NCBI RefSeq assembly: GCF_001194135.2
Contig: NC_068982.1
Location: 91,527,652-91,588,828 of the forward strand
DNA from: Octopus bimaculoides
Taxonomy: Eukaryota
Length of the DNA stretch: 61,177 nt
Direction: 5' to 3'
In this document: in pieces, positions 12,004-25,005 of the stretch
How positions within the stretch are numbered: the stretch's first letter is position 1
Layout of the letters: each line of letters begins with the position of its first letter
Made by a program: the position numbers and the translations under genes
Notes under the pieces: model-generated
The model's input: the letters and a program-made list of their open reading frames with translations, nothing else
The model's database searches: none
Told to the model about the DNA's origin: nothing

Positions 12004-12403
12004 ACGCGCGCGCGTAAATGGCTGTATATATGTATGTATTGATTGATTGTTGATCTTTAATATATTTTCTATCAGTCAATATATTTATAATGACATTATA
12101 TCTGAACAGAAAATTCACAACGATCATATTTTGCCGGAGAAAATTATTAAGCTATTATTTTGATCTGGCATTTCATAGATCAATGCCATTATGTACATGA
12201 ATTTGAATGTGATTCTTTATGGTCGCGAAAGCTATCAGCTTCATCGGAATATATCATTCTCCAATAGAATAACAAAATAAAGAAAAGCAAGTCCTTTTCA
12301 GAGTGGTCTTAATCACAGTACTACAATAAAAATCCTTTAGAGTGCGAAAATTTGGGAAAGTCGCATATTCTGATCTGTGACAAAGGTATCACTAATATAT
12401 TGA

Positions 12404-12455
<52 letters not shown>

Positions 12456-12495
12456 GCTACTACTGCTGCTGCTGCTGCTGCTGCTACTACCAGTC

Positions 12496-12558
<63 letters not shown>

Positions 12559-12689
12559 AATGAGAGAGCAGCGGATGCCATCAAAACGACTGGGGTATAA
12601 ATATATGAAACCCAATATACTTGTCATGACTAACCTTCTAAGAGCACACAAAACACATGCATCACAACCATATGTGCTCGACATTGTGA

Positions 12690-13110
12690 ACTCATATCAA
12701 GATAAGCAGCTCATAACCTTGCAGGTGGGTCCCAGTTAGAATTTTCCTCAAATTGGGTAGCCGGTCCCACTCAAAAAGTTCCTGAATAAGGCTTGCTTAA
12801 TGATGATGAACAAAACACCCATGTTTCCAAAAGTGAATCATCTAAGCCTCAAAGAATTCCCCTCAACACATGACTATGATGCTCCCCCACTACTTCTGCT
12901 CATGATTAGAGATGCACATATCGTCAGCCACGAAGGAACATGCTCAACTGGTTAAGGTCAAACAACTGACAAGCAAATCTGTGATACTGAGCAGAATATT
13001 TGCTGCAGCTCATATTTTACGCCAAGACAAAATATGTACACGTTAATACTTACAATCAGTTAATATCAGAAACCCTGAGAGCCACTGCCTGGTACTGCGC
13101 CAGGGCATTC
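12690..13110 (-). repeat. About 400-bp interspersed repeat (family also at about 33830-34230, 36000-36380 and 37845-38260, plus strand)
   Basis: Shared blocks in all four copies, for example cttaactgattggaagtgttatcatgtaca, ggggtttgaataattcacc and ccttattcagggac (minor variants). Confidence 0.85.
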
Positions 13111-13619
13111 TTCTTATTGGCCGCGAGCTGGCAGAATCGTTAGCACGCCGGGAAAAATGCTTAACAGCATTTCTTCTGTCTTTAACTTCTGAGTTCAAAT
13201 TCCTCCGTGGTCGACTTTGCCTTTCATCCTTTCGGGGTTGATAAACTAAGTACCCGTGACACACTAGGATAAATGTAATCGACTTGTCTTCTCCCACCAA
13301 ATTTCAGGCATTGTGCCTTTAGTAGAAACGTGCAGAAAACTTGCCAGATGCTGAGAGCTGCAATTACAATCTGTAGTGTTGTGGTGACGTGTGGGAAATG
13401 AACTTTGGAGGACGGTGAGAAACCGCCGAGGACAGTAAAATAAGAAAAAAAGAATAAAAATATAAATGAATAAGACTAAAAGGAAAGTAAAAGGCTAGAA
13501 TGAACTGGAATCCATCCCCAGGAGACCTTTAACTTCATAAGTGACCAAATTAGGAACGGGAATCTGATGAAATGACTGAATGATCTGAAGAATAAGAGGA
13601 GTACTGTACCAATTTGTGT

Positions 13620-13650
<31 letters not shown>

Positions 13651-15149
13651 CATTAAAAGTCAGTTTGAATCTTGCTTGCTTGCAATGTTACCCAGCCAAA
13701 CTGACGCAAAATGGGAAAATACAATGAATTAAGTTTACCCTGAAATGTTAATACGAACGAAATAAAATAAGTTTCGCTTAAATCAGACAAGAAATTTTAG
13801 AGATTTTCGGATATAAATATCCAAAACGGTACATATTGGGAAAATATTCCGAAAATAATCTTAATCCTGAAAGGGAAGAAACTCTAATTATATACAGTGA
13901 CTTGACAACGAAAAAAAAAAAACCATGTTTTTTACAGTAAATGTTTCTATTTTCGCTTTTGTTAAACGCAATATTTTAATCATTTAGAAATATTTTTAAG
14001 TGAATGAGATTTCAAAAATGAAAGTTGTTTGTATAGTAAGTATTTATATTTTAGATTTCTTAAAACAGACAATATTTTAATGTTTTTTAAAATTATTTTC
14101 AAGTGAANNNNNNNNNNNNNNNNNNNNNNNNNNNNNNNNNNNNNNNNNNNNNNNNNNNNNNNNNNNNNNNNNNNNNNNNNNNNNNNNNNNNNNNNNNNNN
14201 NNNNNNNNNNNNNNNNNNNNNNNNNNNNNNNNNNNNNNNNNNNNNNNNNNNNNNNNNNNNNNNNNNNNNNNNNNNNNNNNNNNNNNNNNNNNNNNNNNNN
14301 NNNNNNNNNNNNNNNNNNNNNNNNNNNNNNNNNNNNNNNNNNNNNNNNNNNNNNNNNNNNNNNNNNATATATATGTTGCGGTAGAGGCTTTATGGTTGTC
14401 ACGATAAAGTTTCCAGTTGATGTAGTTACCAATTGTAACGGGTAAAGTTGATTAGGTACACAATATTATGAAATGTCGGTATCAGCAGTTATAACGATAA
14501 AAATTTGTTGTTATAACGGCATGTTGTAGGATGTGAAAAATGGACAATGCATGAAGTTTTAAGGAAATATTTATTTACCGTTACGTTAAAAAAATACCAT
14601 ACCTCTACGGGCAGGTTATAACATCCGAGAGCATGGGAAGTAAAGTTTGTGTTTGTGTTCTTTTCATTGTTTACTAGTAATTACAGAGAGAGAGATAGAA
14701 TGATGTTGTAAGAGAACAGAATTAGAGTTAGTGAGAGTTGTAGGGTTTTGGACGTTGACTCACAGTTGCTGACAGTAAACTTCATTTCACTCTCTGACCA
14801 AGGTTCTAGCTGGTCAGCTAGACTACGTTGTTGGGTGTGACTCGTTGAGTTGTCACCGACTGGTGACTAACTGCTTTTTGCTTGGGGTCTTCTTGCTTTT
14901 ATAACTATCGAGAAGGATAGACATATCATTGAGGACAATAGATTTAGTTGGTGGTCTTGTTATCTCCGTTTTAGCTTTTGGTGAAGTAGAAGAGGTTAGA
15001 AGGGGTCAAGTGGTGATGACATTATATCGGCCTAGCTAAAGGCATCTGGATAACAGTAAAACTATTGTTCCACCGTCGGAAAAGTTCTGTTGCAGTCTTA
15101 ATTTAAATTTGGCTATGGTGGATCGAACCCACTTCATGTTTGCAAGATC

Positions 15150-15183
<34 letters not shown>

Positions 15184-15564
15184 NNNNNNNNNNNNNNNNN
15201 NNNNNNNNNNNNNNNNNNNNNNNNNNNNNNNNNNNNNNNNNNNNNNNNNNNNNNNNNNNNNNNNNNNNNNNNNNNNNNNNNNNNNNNNNNNNNNNNNNNN
15301 NNNNNNNNNNNNNNNNNNNNNNNNNNNNNNNNNNNNNNNNNNNNNNNNNNNNNNNNNNNNNNNNNNNNNNNNNNNNNNNNNNNNNNNNNNNNNNNNNNNN
15401 NNNNNNNNNNNNNNNNNNNNNNNNNNNNNNNNNNNNNNNNNNNNNNNNNNNNNNNNNNNNNNNNNNNNNNNNNNNNNNNNNNNNNNNNNNNNNNNNNNNN
15501 NNNNNNNNNNNNNNNNNNNNNNNNNNNNNNNNNNNNNNNNNNNNNNNNNNNNNNNNNNNNNNNN

Positions 15565-15615
<51 letters not shown>

Positions 15616-15812
15616 ATATAAATTGCCAGATATAAAAACTCTTGCACATTTTCAACTCAATCTTATTTTCCAGTATATGTATGTGTGCGTACGTATGTAT
15701 GTATATATACACACATAAGAATAGAAATGTACGCACTTACACACACACAAATATACATATATGCGCATACACATATGAATATACATATATATGCTATTAT
15801 AATACGTTACAG

Positions 15813-15949
15813 CTGAAGGAAACATTACCAGGTCAGCTGAATTCAACGCTTATCTCGATCCTGAAGCAGCTAAGATTGTTTTGACAGAGTTTCAGTGTGA
15901 AATCAGTTTGTTTCCTTGGGAACTGTGTGTTGACTGTGGACTGCCTTGG
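15813..15949 (+). CDS. Nucleoside hydrolase exon: AEGNITRSAEFNAYLDPEAAKIVLTEFQCEISLFPWELCVDCGLPW
   Basis: ttacag acceptor, gtaagt donor, phase 1 to phase 0; GN....AEFN...DPEAA hallmark. Confidence 0.95.
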
Positions 15950-16820
15950 GTAAGTCACTTAATTTGTGTATTTCTAAAATTTCCCGACTTTTCATTAAAA
16001 AAGAAGGTTTGGCAATGTGTTTTTGTAGATCTCATTTATCGTGTTCTCTCTGACGAAAAAAAAAACGAAGCTTTCTTGCAACCTTTCCGATGTTGTTATT
16101 ATCATTACTGTTCTTGCTTTTTAACGAATATGTCCATATCCATGCACAGACAAATATCGGGTAAAAGAAGTATAAGAAGAGTACAATGGTGGTGGGTGGG
16201 GTGATCTGCATCAAGGAATAAACAGCGAGGCGCAGTGTGAAAAACATGCGGGTGGTTAATGAAGAGAAATATGGAAAGGGATGGTAGTGTCTTACTCTGT
16301 GCATTTACAATCTCCCTAGGCTATAGACTTTCATTGGGTGGTCAGCTTAGTCGACTAAGGATGGGCAACATAACTTCTCTGAATATGTGTGTAGCTTTTG
16401 CTTGCTTTAGTCAACTTTATCTAATCAGAGCATCATTTGTTTCTTTGTGAAGTGGACTGCTGGACTGCGCTAGCGAGGGTTAAGCATGTTGGATACGAGC
16501 ATAGCGCAAGTTAATGTATATTTGATAGTTCGTTGATGTGACCCAAAGCACAGAATATATATTTTGTTGTATACCAAACGTTGAACATATAGTGTCGTAT
16601 TTATATTTAGATATGCAACATATACAATATCATTGTTACATTTACATCATGTATACAATGTCATAGTTATATTACATATACAACGTATATTCAAATAAAC
16701 TCAGTTAATATATGAAAACTGATTATAAATTAAAATAACTTAGTAATTTCACATTCATTTATTTCATATAATTGATTTCTAATGCATGGAGTCAGGCCAC
16801 ACACACGCGCGCGCACACAC

Positions 16821-16898
<78 letters not shown>

Positions 16899-18635
16899 TA
16901 GGGTAGGGCACAGTAGACTAAATCGGTCTCATTACTTAAGTGTTACATTATTTTCTCGACCCTGAAGGGTAAAAAGCAAAGTTGGCCTCATTAAAATATA
17001 AACTCAGAACGTAAAGGAGGATAGATAGACACCACAAGGAATTTTATTTTCTCCAATGCACTCAAGATTCAACCAATTCCACCACTATTTTTGTTTGATA
17101 GAAGTTAGACGACTTATAATTCCTAAAAAGATAGGATGGTCATAATTGGAATGTTCATGATCACTAGCCTTTTGGATTTTGTAACCTGGTTCTAAAATAA
17201 GAAAACCCTCACGCAATAACGAGTATTCTTAAACGATGCACGCCACTATAAGACTACACTTTGCTCGACTCTATATTAGATACGACGTTAGAAAACACTC
17301 GCTTTAAGGGGAAATTAATCCGATTTCAGTTCCCCACTAGAATAATTTTCTTACGCTCAACCCATTAGGGAAAAGTCATAAGAGCAACAACTTATTTCAT
17401 TATTCGAATATTTCTAAGATTTCGTATGAAATTCAGAAATCAGTAATTTAATAATGTTTTGAAAACAGCACGAATGATACCAAGATGTAACAGAATAGAA
17501 CATCCGTACAATGAAGTATATGAAAGTTCCGCCTGATATAAACTATAATTATACGCGTCAAAGATGGAGCCTAAAGCTAACAAAGAAACTTTTGCATGTT
17601 CGTTTGGACTGGTAAAAGTAGCAGCCAAATATCCTTCAATTTACACCCCACCATTTAAGAAAATAACATAAATAATGTGGTTCTAACTCTCCTGCACATA
17701 GTGAAAAAAGTGCAGGACGATCACGGTTGAAATACTTTTGATCGAATGGCTGCTAAATCAAAATTAAACAGGAGCTAAATAGCAATAGAGCCTCGCTTGA
17801 CCTTCTAAAAAATAGCACTCATATTTTCTCCAAATCACATTCTATTGTAAAAATGGGAGCACAATAATACGATCTTTCTTTCTCTTATACCGAATGTTCT
17901 GAAACTGAAACAGAAAATTCGTAGTCTAATGCTTTCTACTGCCTTCAACACAAAGTTACACATTTACTTGGGGGCAGAAATGTAGTGTATTACCGGTAAT
18001 TATTTTGTAACCCCACCGGAGAACCTACAGGCAAAGCAAAATGAAACTGAAAACATAGCCAAACTCTATACGGATTTTCCTACCAACTTCACTCTCTTTC
18101 TACAAATGATTGATTTCTTACACTGCGCAGACTGTGAATTTATAATGGGTAGAGCATGGTTGATTGAACCGACCATATTAAACACCTGATAATTATTTAT
18201 AAACCTCAACCTGGGAAATGAAAAAATAAATTCGATTCTAAAGTGACTTGAAATCAGAACGTAGAGGGATTAAAGCAAGTACTGTCAATCCCAAAAGGAT
18301 AAAAGACATATGTTGACAGAAATGAATTCAGAACGCAAAGGAACGTAACTAAATACTGCAAACATTCATTCTGATGCTTTAACAATTCGTTTAGTCTTTG
18401 ACATTCACTAATTTATACAGACTGATAATTTAGACAGAAGGTTATATATTTTGCAGCCGGAGGAATAGTGCAATAATTTCTTTTTTTCACAACTGAAAAA
18501 TGAAAATTGATGTCGGCGAATTTTACATTCGGAATGTAATGGGACAGTACTCAATAATGTAATGAATTTTGGTCGACATTTCCATTGATGTTAGAATCCT
18601 TTGTATAACAATTATTATTGCTTTATATTTTCTAG

Positions 18636-18959
18636 GATTTCTATGACAAGTTGCGTAAGAAATCAGGCAAAGAGGCCGAATTAATGAGGGTTATAGAAAA
18701 GAATCTGATATCAAATTGGAAAAAGAAGCCATCTTATGTAATCTGCGATGAACTTGCTATGGCAGGAGCTATAGATGAATCAACAGTGACAGAATTTAAA
18801 CATGTCCCCATAGATGTTGAACTGAGGGGCCAATTTACAAGGGGACAATTTGTCATCGACTGGGATAAGAGGAGTAAAGATGCTGTTAAAATTCGATTGG
18901 TTACGAAGATGAATATGGATCGTGTAATGGAGATGCTCTTGGATACCTATGGAAATTAA
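18636..18959 (+). CDS. Nucleoside hydrolase terminal exon: DFYDKLRKK...YVICDELAMAGAID...VELRGQFTRGQFVIDW...LLDTYGN-stop
   Basis: ttttctag acceptor, phase 0; xCD and VEL.G..TRGQ.V.D motifs; TAA at 18957-18959. Confidence 0.95.
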   Translation, partial: DFYDKLRKKSGKEAELMRVIEKNLISNWKKKPSYVICDELAMAGAIDESTVTEFKHVPIDVELRGQFTRGQFVIDWDKRSKDAVKIRLVTKMNMDRVMEMLLDTYGN

Positions 18960-19527
18960 AGAGAAATTCTGAGAGAATCTCAAGAGAATTAACCAGGTTT
19001 TTAAAACTTTAAATGTTTTGCTAATATTAATGAAATTAAATGGTTTCCTGTTTTATTATTATTTTCGTTTAGAACCCCCTTCCATCCACGGTCAATCCGA
19101 TCGAACAAACCTATGGATAAAGGTGGCCAATCAACATGGCATAGTGCGTTTCTTGTTGATTAATTAATCAAAAGCTAATTTACTATTAGTTCTTTAAATA
19201 TAAAAATGACTTTCTTAATAGGCTATGAAAGACAGATTTGATGTCTGTAGCTGACGGTCCGATGATGTCATACATAATCCGACTGGATGTTTTTCACACT
19301 CGTTGTCTGTAAGGAGGATATCTGTCCCAAGACAATTTCCTCTCAAGAGTGTACACGAATGGCTTAAATATAAATATGCATACTTAAAATTTAGTCAACG
19401 CATAGTGCACCCCCAGTGAATTAATCTTGGATTTTATTGACATAGGATATTTAGACTGCACCCATGGAAAATTTACGTATAAATACGTATCCTTTATTTT
19501 TTACTCTTTTCATTATGCATATGTATA

Positions 19528-19569
<42 letters not shown>

Positions 19570-19720
19570 ACATAAAAAGTTTAGCACATTTTCAATCCGT
19601 TATCATTTTCCTATATATGCATGAGTGTGTATGTATATATGAATGCATATATGCATGTATATGTATGAATATATGTATACATAAAATGAGGTAGATTTTA
19701 TGAAGAATTGTAAGATATAA

Positions 19721-19969
19721 TTTAAAGAATGTAGCTGTGTAAAGCCGGAACAATGGGAAAAGGTACAAAGTAAACTACAAATTGAAAAGAAAACAGAACG
19801 TTTGTTGCTCAGAACCACTGTATTTCCGAATGTCCCGAGGAAGGGGTCTTCACACTGAAATATAAAAATACAAAGTAAAACTGCAACTTTGTTGTATTTT
19901 CTTTTCAATTTGTAGTTTACTTTGTACCTTCTCGCATTGTTCCGGCTTTACACAACTATATTATTTAAA
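19721..19969. repeat. Foldback / MITE-like element, 73-bp arms (19721-19793 and 19897-19969)
   Basis: gtgtaaagccggaacaatg and aaggtacaaagtaaactacaaattgaaaagaaaa recur as exact reverse complements. Confidence 0.9.
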
Positions 19970-20019
19970 TATATATATATACGTATACAACACCCAGCCG
20001 TCTGGATTACTGCTCCCAA

Positions 20020-20540
20020 TTGTGGTCACCAAACAGTGTAAAATTAACGACGGAACTCGAGGCGACCCAGCGAAGCTACACAAGGAAGTGCGATACAATG
20101 CGACATATCAGCTACTGGGAGAGACTGAAAGAGTTAAGACTCTACTCCCTGGAGCGAAGGCAGGTAAGATATGTAGTAATAGACACCTGGAAAATCCTAG
20201 AAAAACTTGTTCCAAACTTTGGCATTGTCACACAAATAGCAGGACGAGGCGCAACTACATGGTACTAAGGGTCCCAACATTGCCATCAGGATACAGGACC
20301 AGATGCTGCAACAACTTGGCTTCAAAGGCCCACAGCTCTTCAATATCCTCCTATAAAGCCTAAGAGACCAGCATGGCGTGGATATAGGCTTTTCAAAACA
20401 AAACTAGATCTCCTTCTGTCAAGAGTTCCAGATGGACCTACCTCTAGGCAAGAAACACAGATGAGGGCAGCAAAGTCAAACTCCCTCATCCACCAAATGT
20501 CACATATCAGAAGAGGTTTAGTGAAAGTGTAGCAAAGTAA
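20020..20540 (+). mobile_element. CR1/Jockey-group LINE 3' fragment
   Basis: ATQRSYTRKCDTMRHISYWERLKELRLYSLERRQVRYVVIDTWKILEKLVPN matches the post-RT C-terminal motif (Y.ERL..L.LYSLERRR) of CR1-group LINEs. Confidence 0.75.
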
Positions 20541-20665
20541 ACGGCGGTGCCCCAGCATGGCCGCAGTCCTTTGACTGAAACTTAGAGAAAAAGAAAAAAG
20601 AGAAAAAATATAGTCATAAATATGTTTATGTATATGTGTATGTACACACACACACACACACACGT

Positions 20666-20794
20666 GACATAAGCGAGGCAGCTGAATTCAACATTTTTCT
20701 CCATCCTGAAGCAACTAAATTTGTTTTGACAGAGTTTCAGTGTGAAGTCAGTTTGTTTCCATGGGAACTTACCCAAGACAGCGCACTGTCTTGA
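20666..20794 (+). pseudogene. Orphan duplicate of nucleoside hydrolase exon 15813-15949 (DISEAAEFNIFLHPEATKFVLTEFQCEVSLFPWELTQDSALS-stop)
   Basis: Ungapped alignment over 43 codons. The terminal TGG has become TGA and the acceptor is replaced by (CA)n. The gtaagt donor and about 90 nt of downstream intron remain homologous. Confidence 0.9.
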
Positions 20795-21665
20795 GTAAGT
20801 TAGTTAATCTATGTATTTCTAAAGCTTCTCGACATCAAAAAAAAACAGGAATGTTTGGCATGTGTTGCTGTAGATCTCGTTTACGAAGAAAGAAACAAAG
20901 ATGGGGCACTGCCTTGAAGAAATTTAGTAGAGGAAATCGATCCCAGCACTTTTTCCTTTAAAGCCTGGTACTTAATCTATCGGTGTCTTTTGCCGAACTG
21001 CTAAGTAAACACACTAACGCCGGTTGTCAAGCGGTTGTGGGGGACAAAAACACGCGCGCGCGAACGCGCGCGCACACACACACACACACACAAGGACAGA
21101 CTTGTTTCAGTTTCCATCTATCAAACCCACTCACAAGGCTTTGGTCGGCCCGAGACTATGGCAGAAGACATGCCCTAGGTGCCATGCAGTGAGACTGAAC
21201 GCGGAATGATGCGGTTGGGAAGCAACTTCTTACCACACAGTTACGGCTGCAACTACAACACCCACGCCTGATGGAAGTTATGTATGCTTTGTTTACTAAA
21301 TTGTATATTAAAATATATTTAGCTCTTGCTGTAGAAATATAAGCCGTAGATAAACTATAGGAGCTTCGATAGCTACAAATGAAGAACAACAATCCGACTA
21401 GTTTCGACATTCTTTAAAGATTCAAGGATCGCTTATCTTACCTTCTATCTGCCGAAGTTAGCAAGAAAATATCTTATGAATACTGTAAACAAACTATAAC
21501 TAGCATAAAGAAATTTATTTATTGGTACAAGGTTGACGGACGAGACTTAATATCAAAAAGTAGCTACACATTGTGTTTATAAACACATATGCATGAGGAA
21601 GTGATGATATGTTTAAGAAGGATATATTGTCCACATACATATTGATTCATTATCATGTGCTTATA

Positions 21666-23050
21666 CAGTAATACTTCGATATACGGGTTAATTTGTTCCC
21701 AGAGACCGCTTGTTAAGCGAAAACTCGTAAAACAGAGCAATAATTTCCCCCAATAGTAATGTTATAAATCGTAATTCGTTTCCAGAAAAATATTTTACCT
21801 ATAAAATGTATAATACTCGTAGATAAATGGCAATAAAACAACAGTAGAATGTAAAGAATATTTTATCTAAAGTAAAAAGAATGTCAAGATGATTTATAAT
21901 AGATGGTGTTCAATCAAAAGTTGACTCGATTGATTAACTGTCAAAATATTGGGTCTCTCTGATTGACATGACCTTCTTCAGTGACGAGTTTTGGATTCAC
22001 CTATCGGGATACCTAAATTCGCAAAACACTCGCATCTGGAGTGCTCTCAATCGTCACGAGTTTATCGAATCACCCTTACATGCAGTGAAGATTGGTGAAT
22101 AGATGGCTATCAGCAGACGAAGAATAGTAGGACCGATCTTTTTTTCCAAGAAACCTTGAATTCGGAACGTTATTTTGAGATAATTTATCAGTTTGTTGAG
22201 CAGCTAACAGAATGAAAAAAAGTAACTCATGGTTTCAACAGGACTCAGCAACATGTTAACAACCACACTTTGTTTCACTTANNNNNNNNNNGGCTTCAAC
22301 AGGACTCAGCAACATGTTAACAACCACACTTTGTTTCACTTACGACAAACTTTTGAACACAGGTTGATCACGAAAGACCTCTGGCCACCCATCTCGCCAG
22401 ACTTAACGCCTCTCGATTTCTTTTTATTCAGTTATATCAAGGATGCTGCGCTTGCAAAGAATCCATATTTGATGAACTGTGTATGGATATTATAGATATT
22501 GTCCAAAATATCCCACGTGAAGTTTTGATTAATGTGTATCAGAACAAACGTCGTCGTGTTGACTTGTGTCTACAACATGGCGGCCGACAATTTCAGCACC
22601 TTTTGCAACCACTTTGACGTTGTAACTTTTAAATGAGCATTTTAATAAAAGTAGGTTTGTCCATAATATTGCACATGTTTTATAACTATTAATAAATAGA
22701 ATTGAGTCAACTTTTAAATTGAACACCTTGTAGAATATATTATAATCGTTCTCTGAATCACTTTCACTCATACTAGACTCGTGCACACCATCATTTGTAG
22801 ATGCGATTGCCGCTTCACAAGCACGCGTAGACAGACTTGCAGATTTCTTTTTAAAAAACAAGTCTAGAGTTGTTTGCATAGAAGAAGCCTTTTCTCGCTC
22901 TCTATAAATTTCTCGGTAACACGCAAAAACATTTGTTATGGTATTAGTAACTTTTGCACTTCGTTCGAAATTTGGATCTTGTGCTTGAAAAGTGAAACTC
23001 GTAAACCCGGGATCTCGTAAAGCAGGTCCTCGTAGAGTGAAGTATTACTG
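21666..23050 (-). mobile_element. pogo/Tigger-like non-autonomous DNA transposon (host of a nested element)
   Basis: TA|CAGTAATACTTC...GAAGTATTACTG|TA ends; the minus-strand remnant QTTLDLFFKK followed by an acidic stretch is typical of the pogo-family C-terminus. Confidence 0.8.
21902..22730 (+). mobile_element. Internally deleted Tc1/mariner-superfamily transposon nested in the Tigger-like element
   Basis: TIRs ggtgttcaatcaaaagttgactc / gagtcaacttttaaattgaacacc, flanked by TA. Coding remnants FFSDEFWIHLSGYLNSQNTRIWS, WFQQDSAT and WPPISPDLTPLDFFLF. Confidence 0.85.
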
Positions 23051-23259
23051 TAGTTTATTTACATTATTCACATGTTTACATTATTTATAACAAAACATAT
23101 TCTAAAAGAAACTTTAAAAAATATTTTTCCTTGTAATCAATTCTTATGTATTGCATTTATATAGAAGGAACTTTAGATTATAAGAAAAATAAAATAGGTC
23201 ACACGGAAAACGAAATAGAATGAAAGTACGTTTACACAATTAGTTGGACTCACAATCAG

Positions 23260-23723
23260 CAGATTGTTTCTGAGAGAAAATCACCCATCATTAAAAACTG
23301 AACGAATTTTAGCCAGTATTATAACTCTTGCAAGACTGTTATCTAAACTATGTCAAGGACTTCCGTGCATCGCAGGCATTTCCACTTCGCAAGCAGTGGC
23401 CGATACTTTTGGTACCGCACCGAAAAGGTATAGATATTGTCAAAATATAAGAATCCTGTTTTTCTCAACAACAGTAAAGTCTTTGTAAAAACTAATCTCG
23501 TGAGGAATATCTCCTCGTTTCCTGTTCGTTTTGCATTCAACTCCACACTGTACGAAATTACCTCTTTCCTCTTTACCAAGCTCACTATCACGTCAACTGA
23601 GAAATTAACCCCTAACCAAACCACCGCTACTGATAATATCCCTTTAATGCACTCAAACAATACGTAACAGAGCTAGTTCCTCCACCACTCTACCTTAAAA
23701 TTCTTCAATTCTTCTTCTCTCTC

Positions 23724-23793
<70 letters not shown>

Positions 23794-24300
23794 CCTCTCC
23801 TTTTCTCTCTCTCTTCCTCTCTCTATCTTTGTCTCTGTCTCTCTGTCTTTGTCTTTGTCTGTCTCTCTGTCTGCCCCTTCTCTCTCTCTTCTGGCGGAAA
23901 CACACTATAATGTATTCCATTCCCAGCAAGTGTAATATCTTTGACTCTGCCAACTATCATCCTGTCTTCATCCTAACTTCTTTCAAAGGTAATGGAGAGG
24001 GACATTTTTTTCTCCAATACTTGAAATCTTTCTTCCTCTTTAATGACCGTCGGTACAGCTTTCGTGAAACCAGATCAACTGGAGACGTAGCCAACTAAGT
24101 GACACACCAGTAATATTTCACTCTCGGGAAATTTAGAGAAAACGGTGTCGTTGTCTTCAATATCACCAAAAAATTCGACTATGTCCGATATGAGAACCTC
24201 CGTGCAAAAATAACTACCTATGGCTTCCATCTATCTCCAGCACTTGGATCAGAGGTTCTTAGTCAGATATTATTATTGCGGCTTGTGCTGATAGAGCTCT
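23260..24300 (+). mobile_element. CR1/Jockey-group LINE RT fragment interrupted by a (CT)n tract
   Basis: SANYHPVFILTSF...RYSFRETRSTGD...FNITKKFDYVRYENL resembles the NYRPIALTS / QYGFR..RSTGD / DISKAFDRV motifs. Confidence 0.75.
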
Positions 24301-24373
24301 CTCCTTGTCTTCACCGGCTTTACTAGGAGAAAGTTTGGGGAATCTCAATATTTGGTCCTACGAGGACCTGGCA

Positions 24374-24405
<32 letters not shown>

Positions 24406-24786
24406 GTACACCACACGCGCGTTACGAAATTCTCTTAACAATCATAAGCTTTCAGGCTTCGACTCCCGTTGTCTTTTACCGCAGCGTCCATTGGAATCAA
24501 ACCGTGTGAATGGAATTGAGTAGACAGAAACCGCGTGGAAGCCTACCGTGTCGACTAAATATAATTCAAAGGGCCAATCCAGATGTTACCTGGGGCCAAT
24601 AACATCTGGGATTTGTTCACTTTGATGCTGCTTTTATTCTTTTAAGCTTTCCACTCAGGCAGCCTTTAAATGACTTTTCCTAGCACATACATAGTAACTG
24701 AATCATAGTAACTGAATAATTCGCTTTAATATGTCGCTTAGAAATATATTAAAACGTGATACAATTTAACTTCCTGTTGGCCTTAA

Positions 24787-25005
24787 CCCTTTAGTATTTA
24801 GATTACCCCGTCAAATGTAATGCTCATTTATTCATATTGTTTTTAATTAATCAGGTCTCACCTCATACTTTTGAGATTTCAAAGATGTTATTCTTTATTT
24901 TTAGAATGACATTGTAGGGTAGGTCTGAGAGGCTAGATCTGGCCAGTTTGAACGTAAAATAGGTAGCATATTTGGGCCGGATATGACAGATTAAATGCTT
25001 AAGGG
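24787..25005. mobile_element. piggyBac-like MITE, second copy
   Basis: TTAA|CCCTTTAG...AAGGG|TTAA; internal homology to 2625-2839 (gattacc..gtc.aatgtaatgct, atttgggccggatatga). Confidence 0.75.

Noticed and set aside
19810-19860. Possible hammerhead remnant in the centre of the 19721-19969 foldback (minus strand gaagacccc...ggg...gaaa)
   Set aside because: The CUGA core is absent and the stem register is broken.
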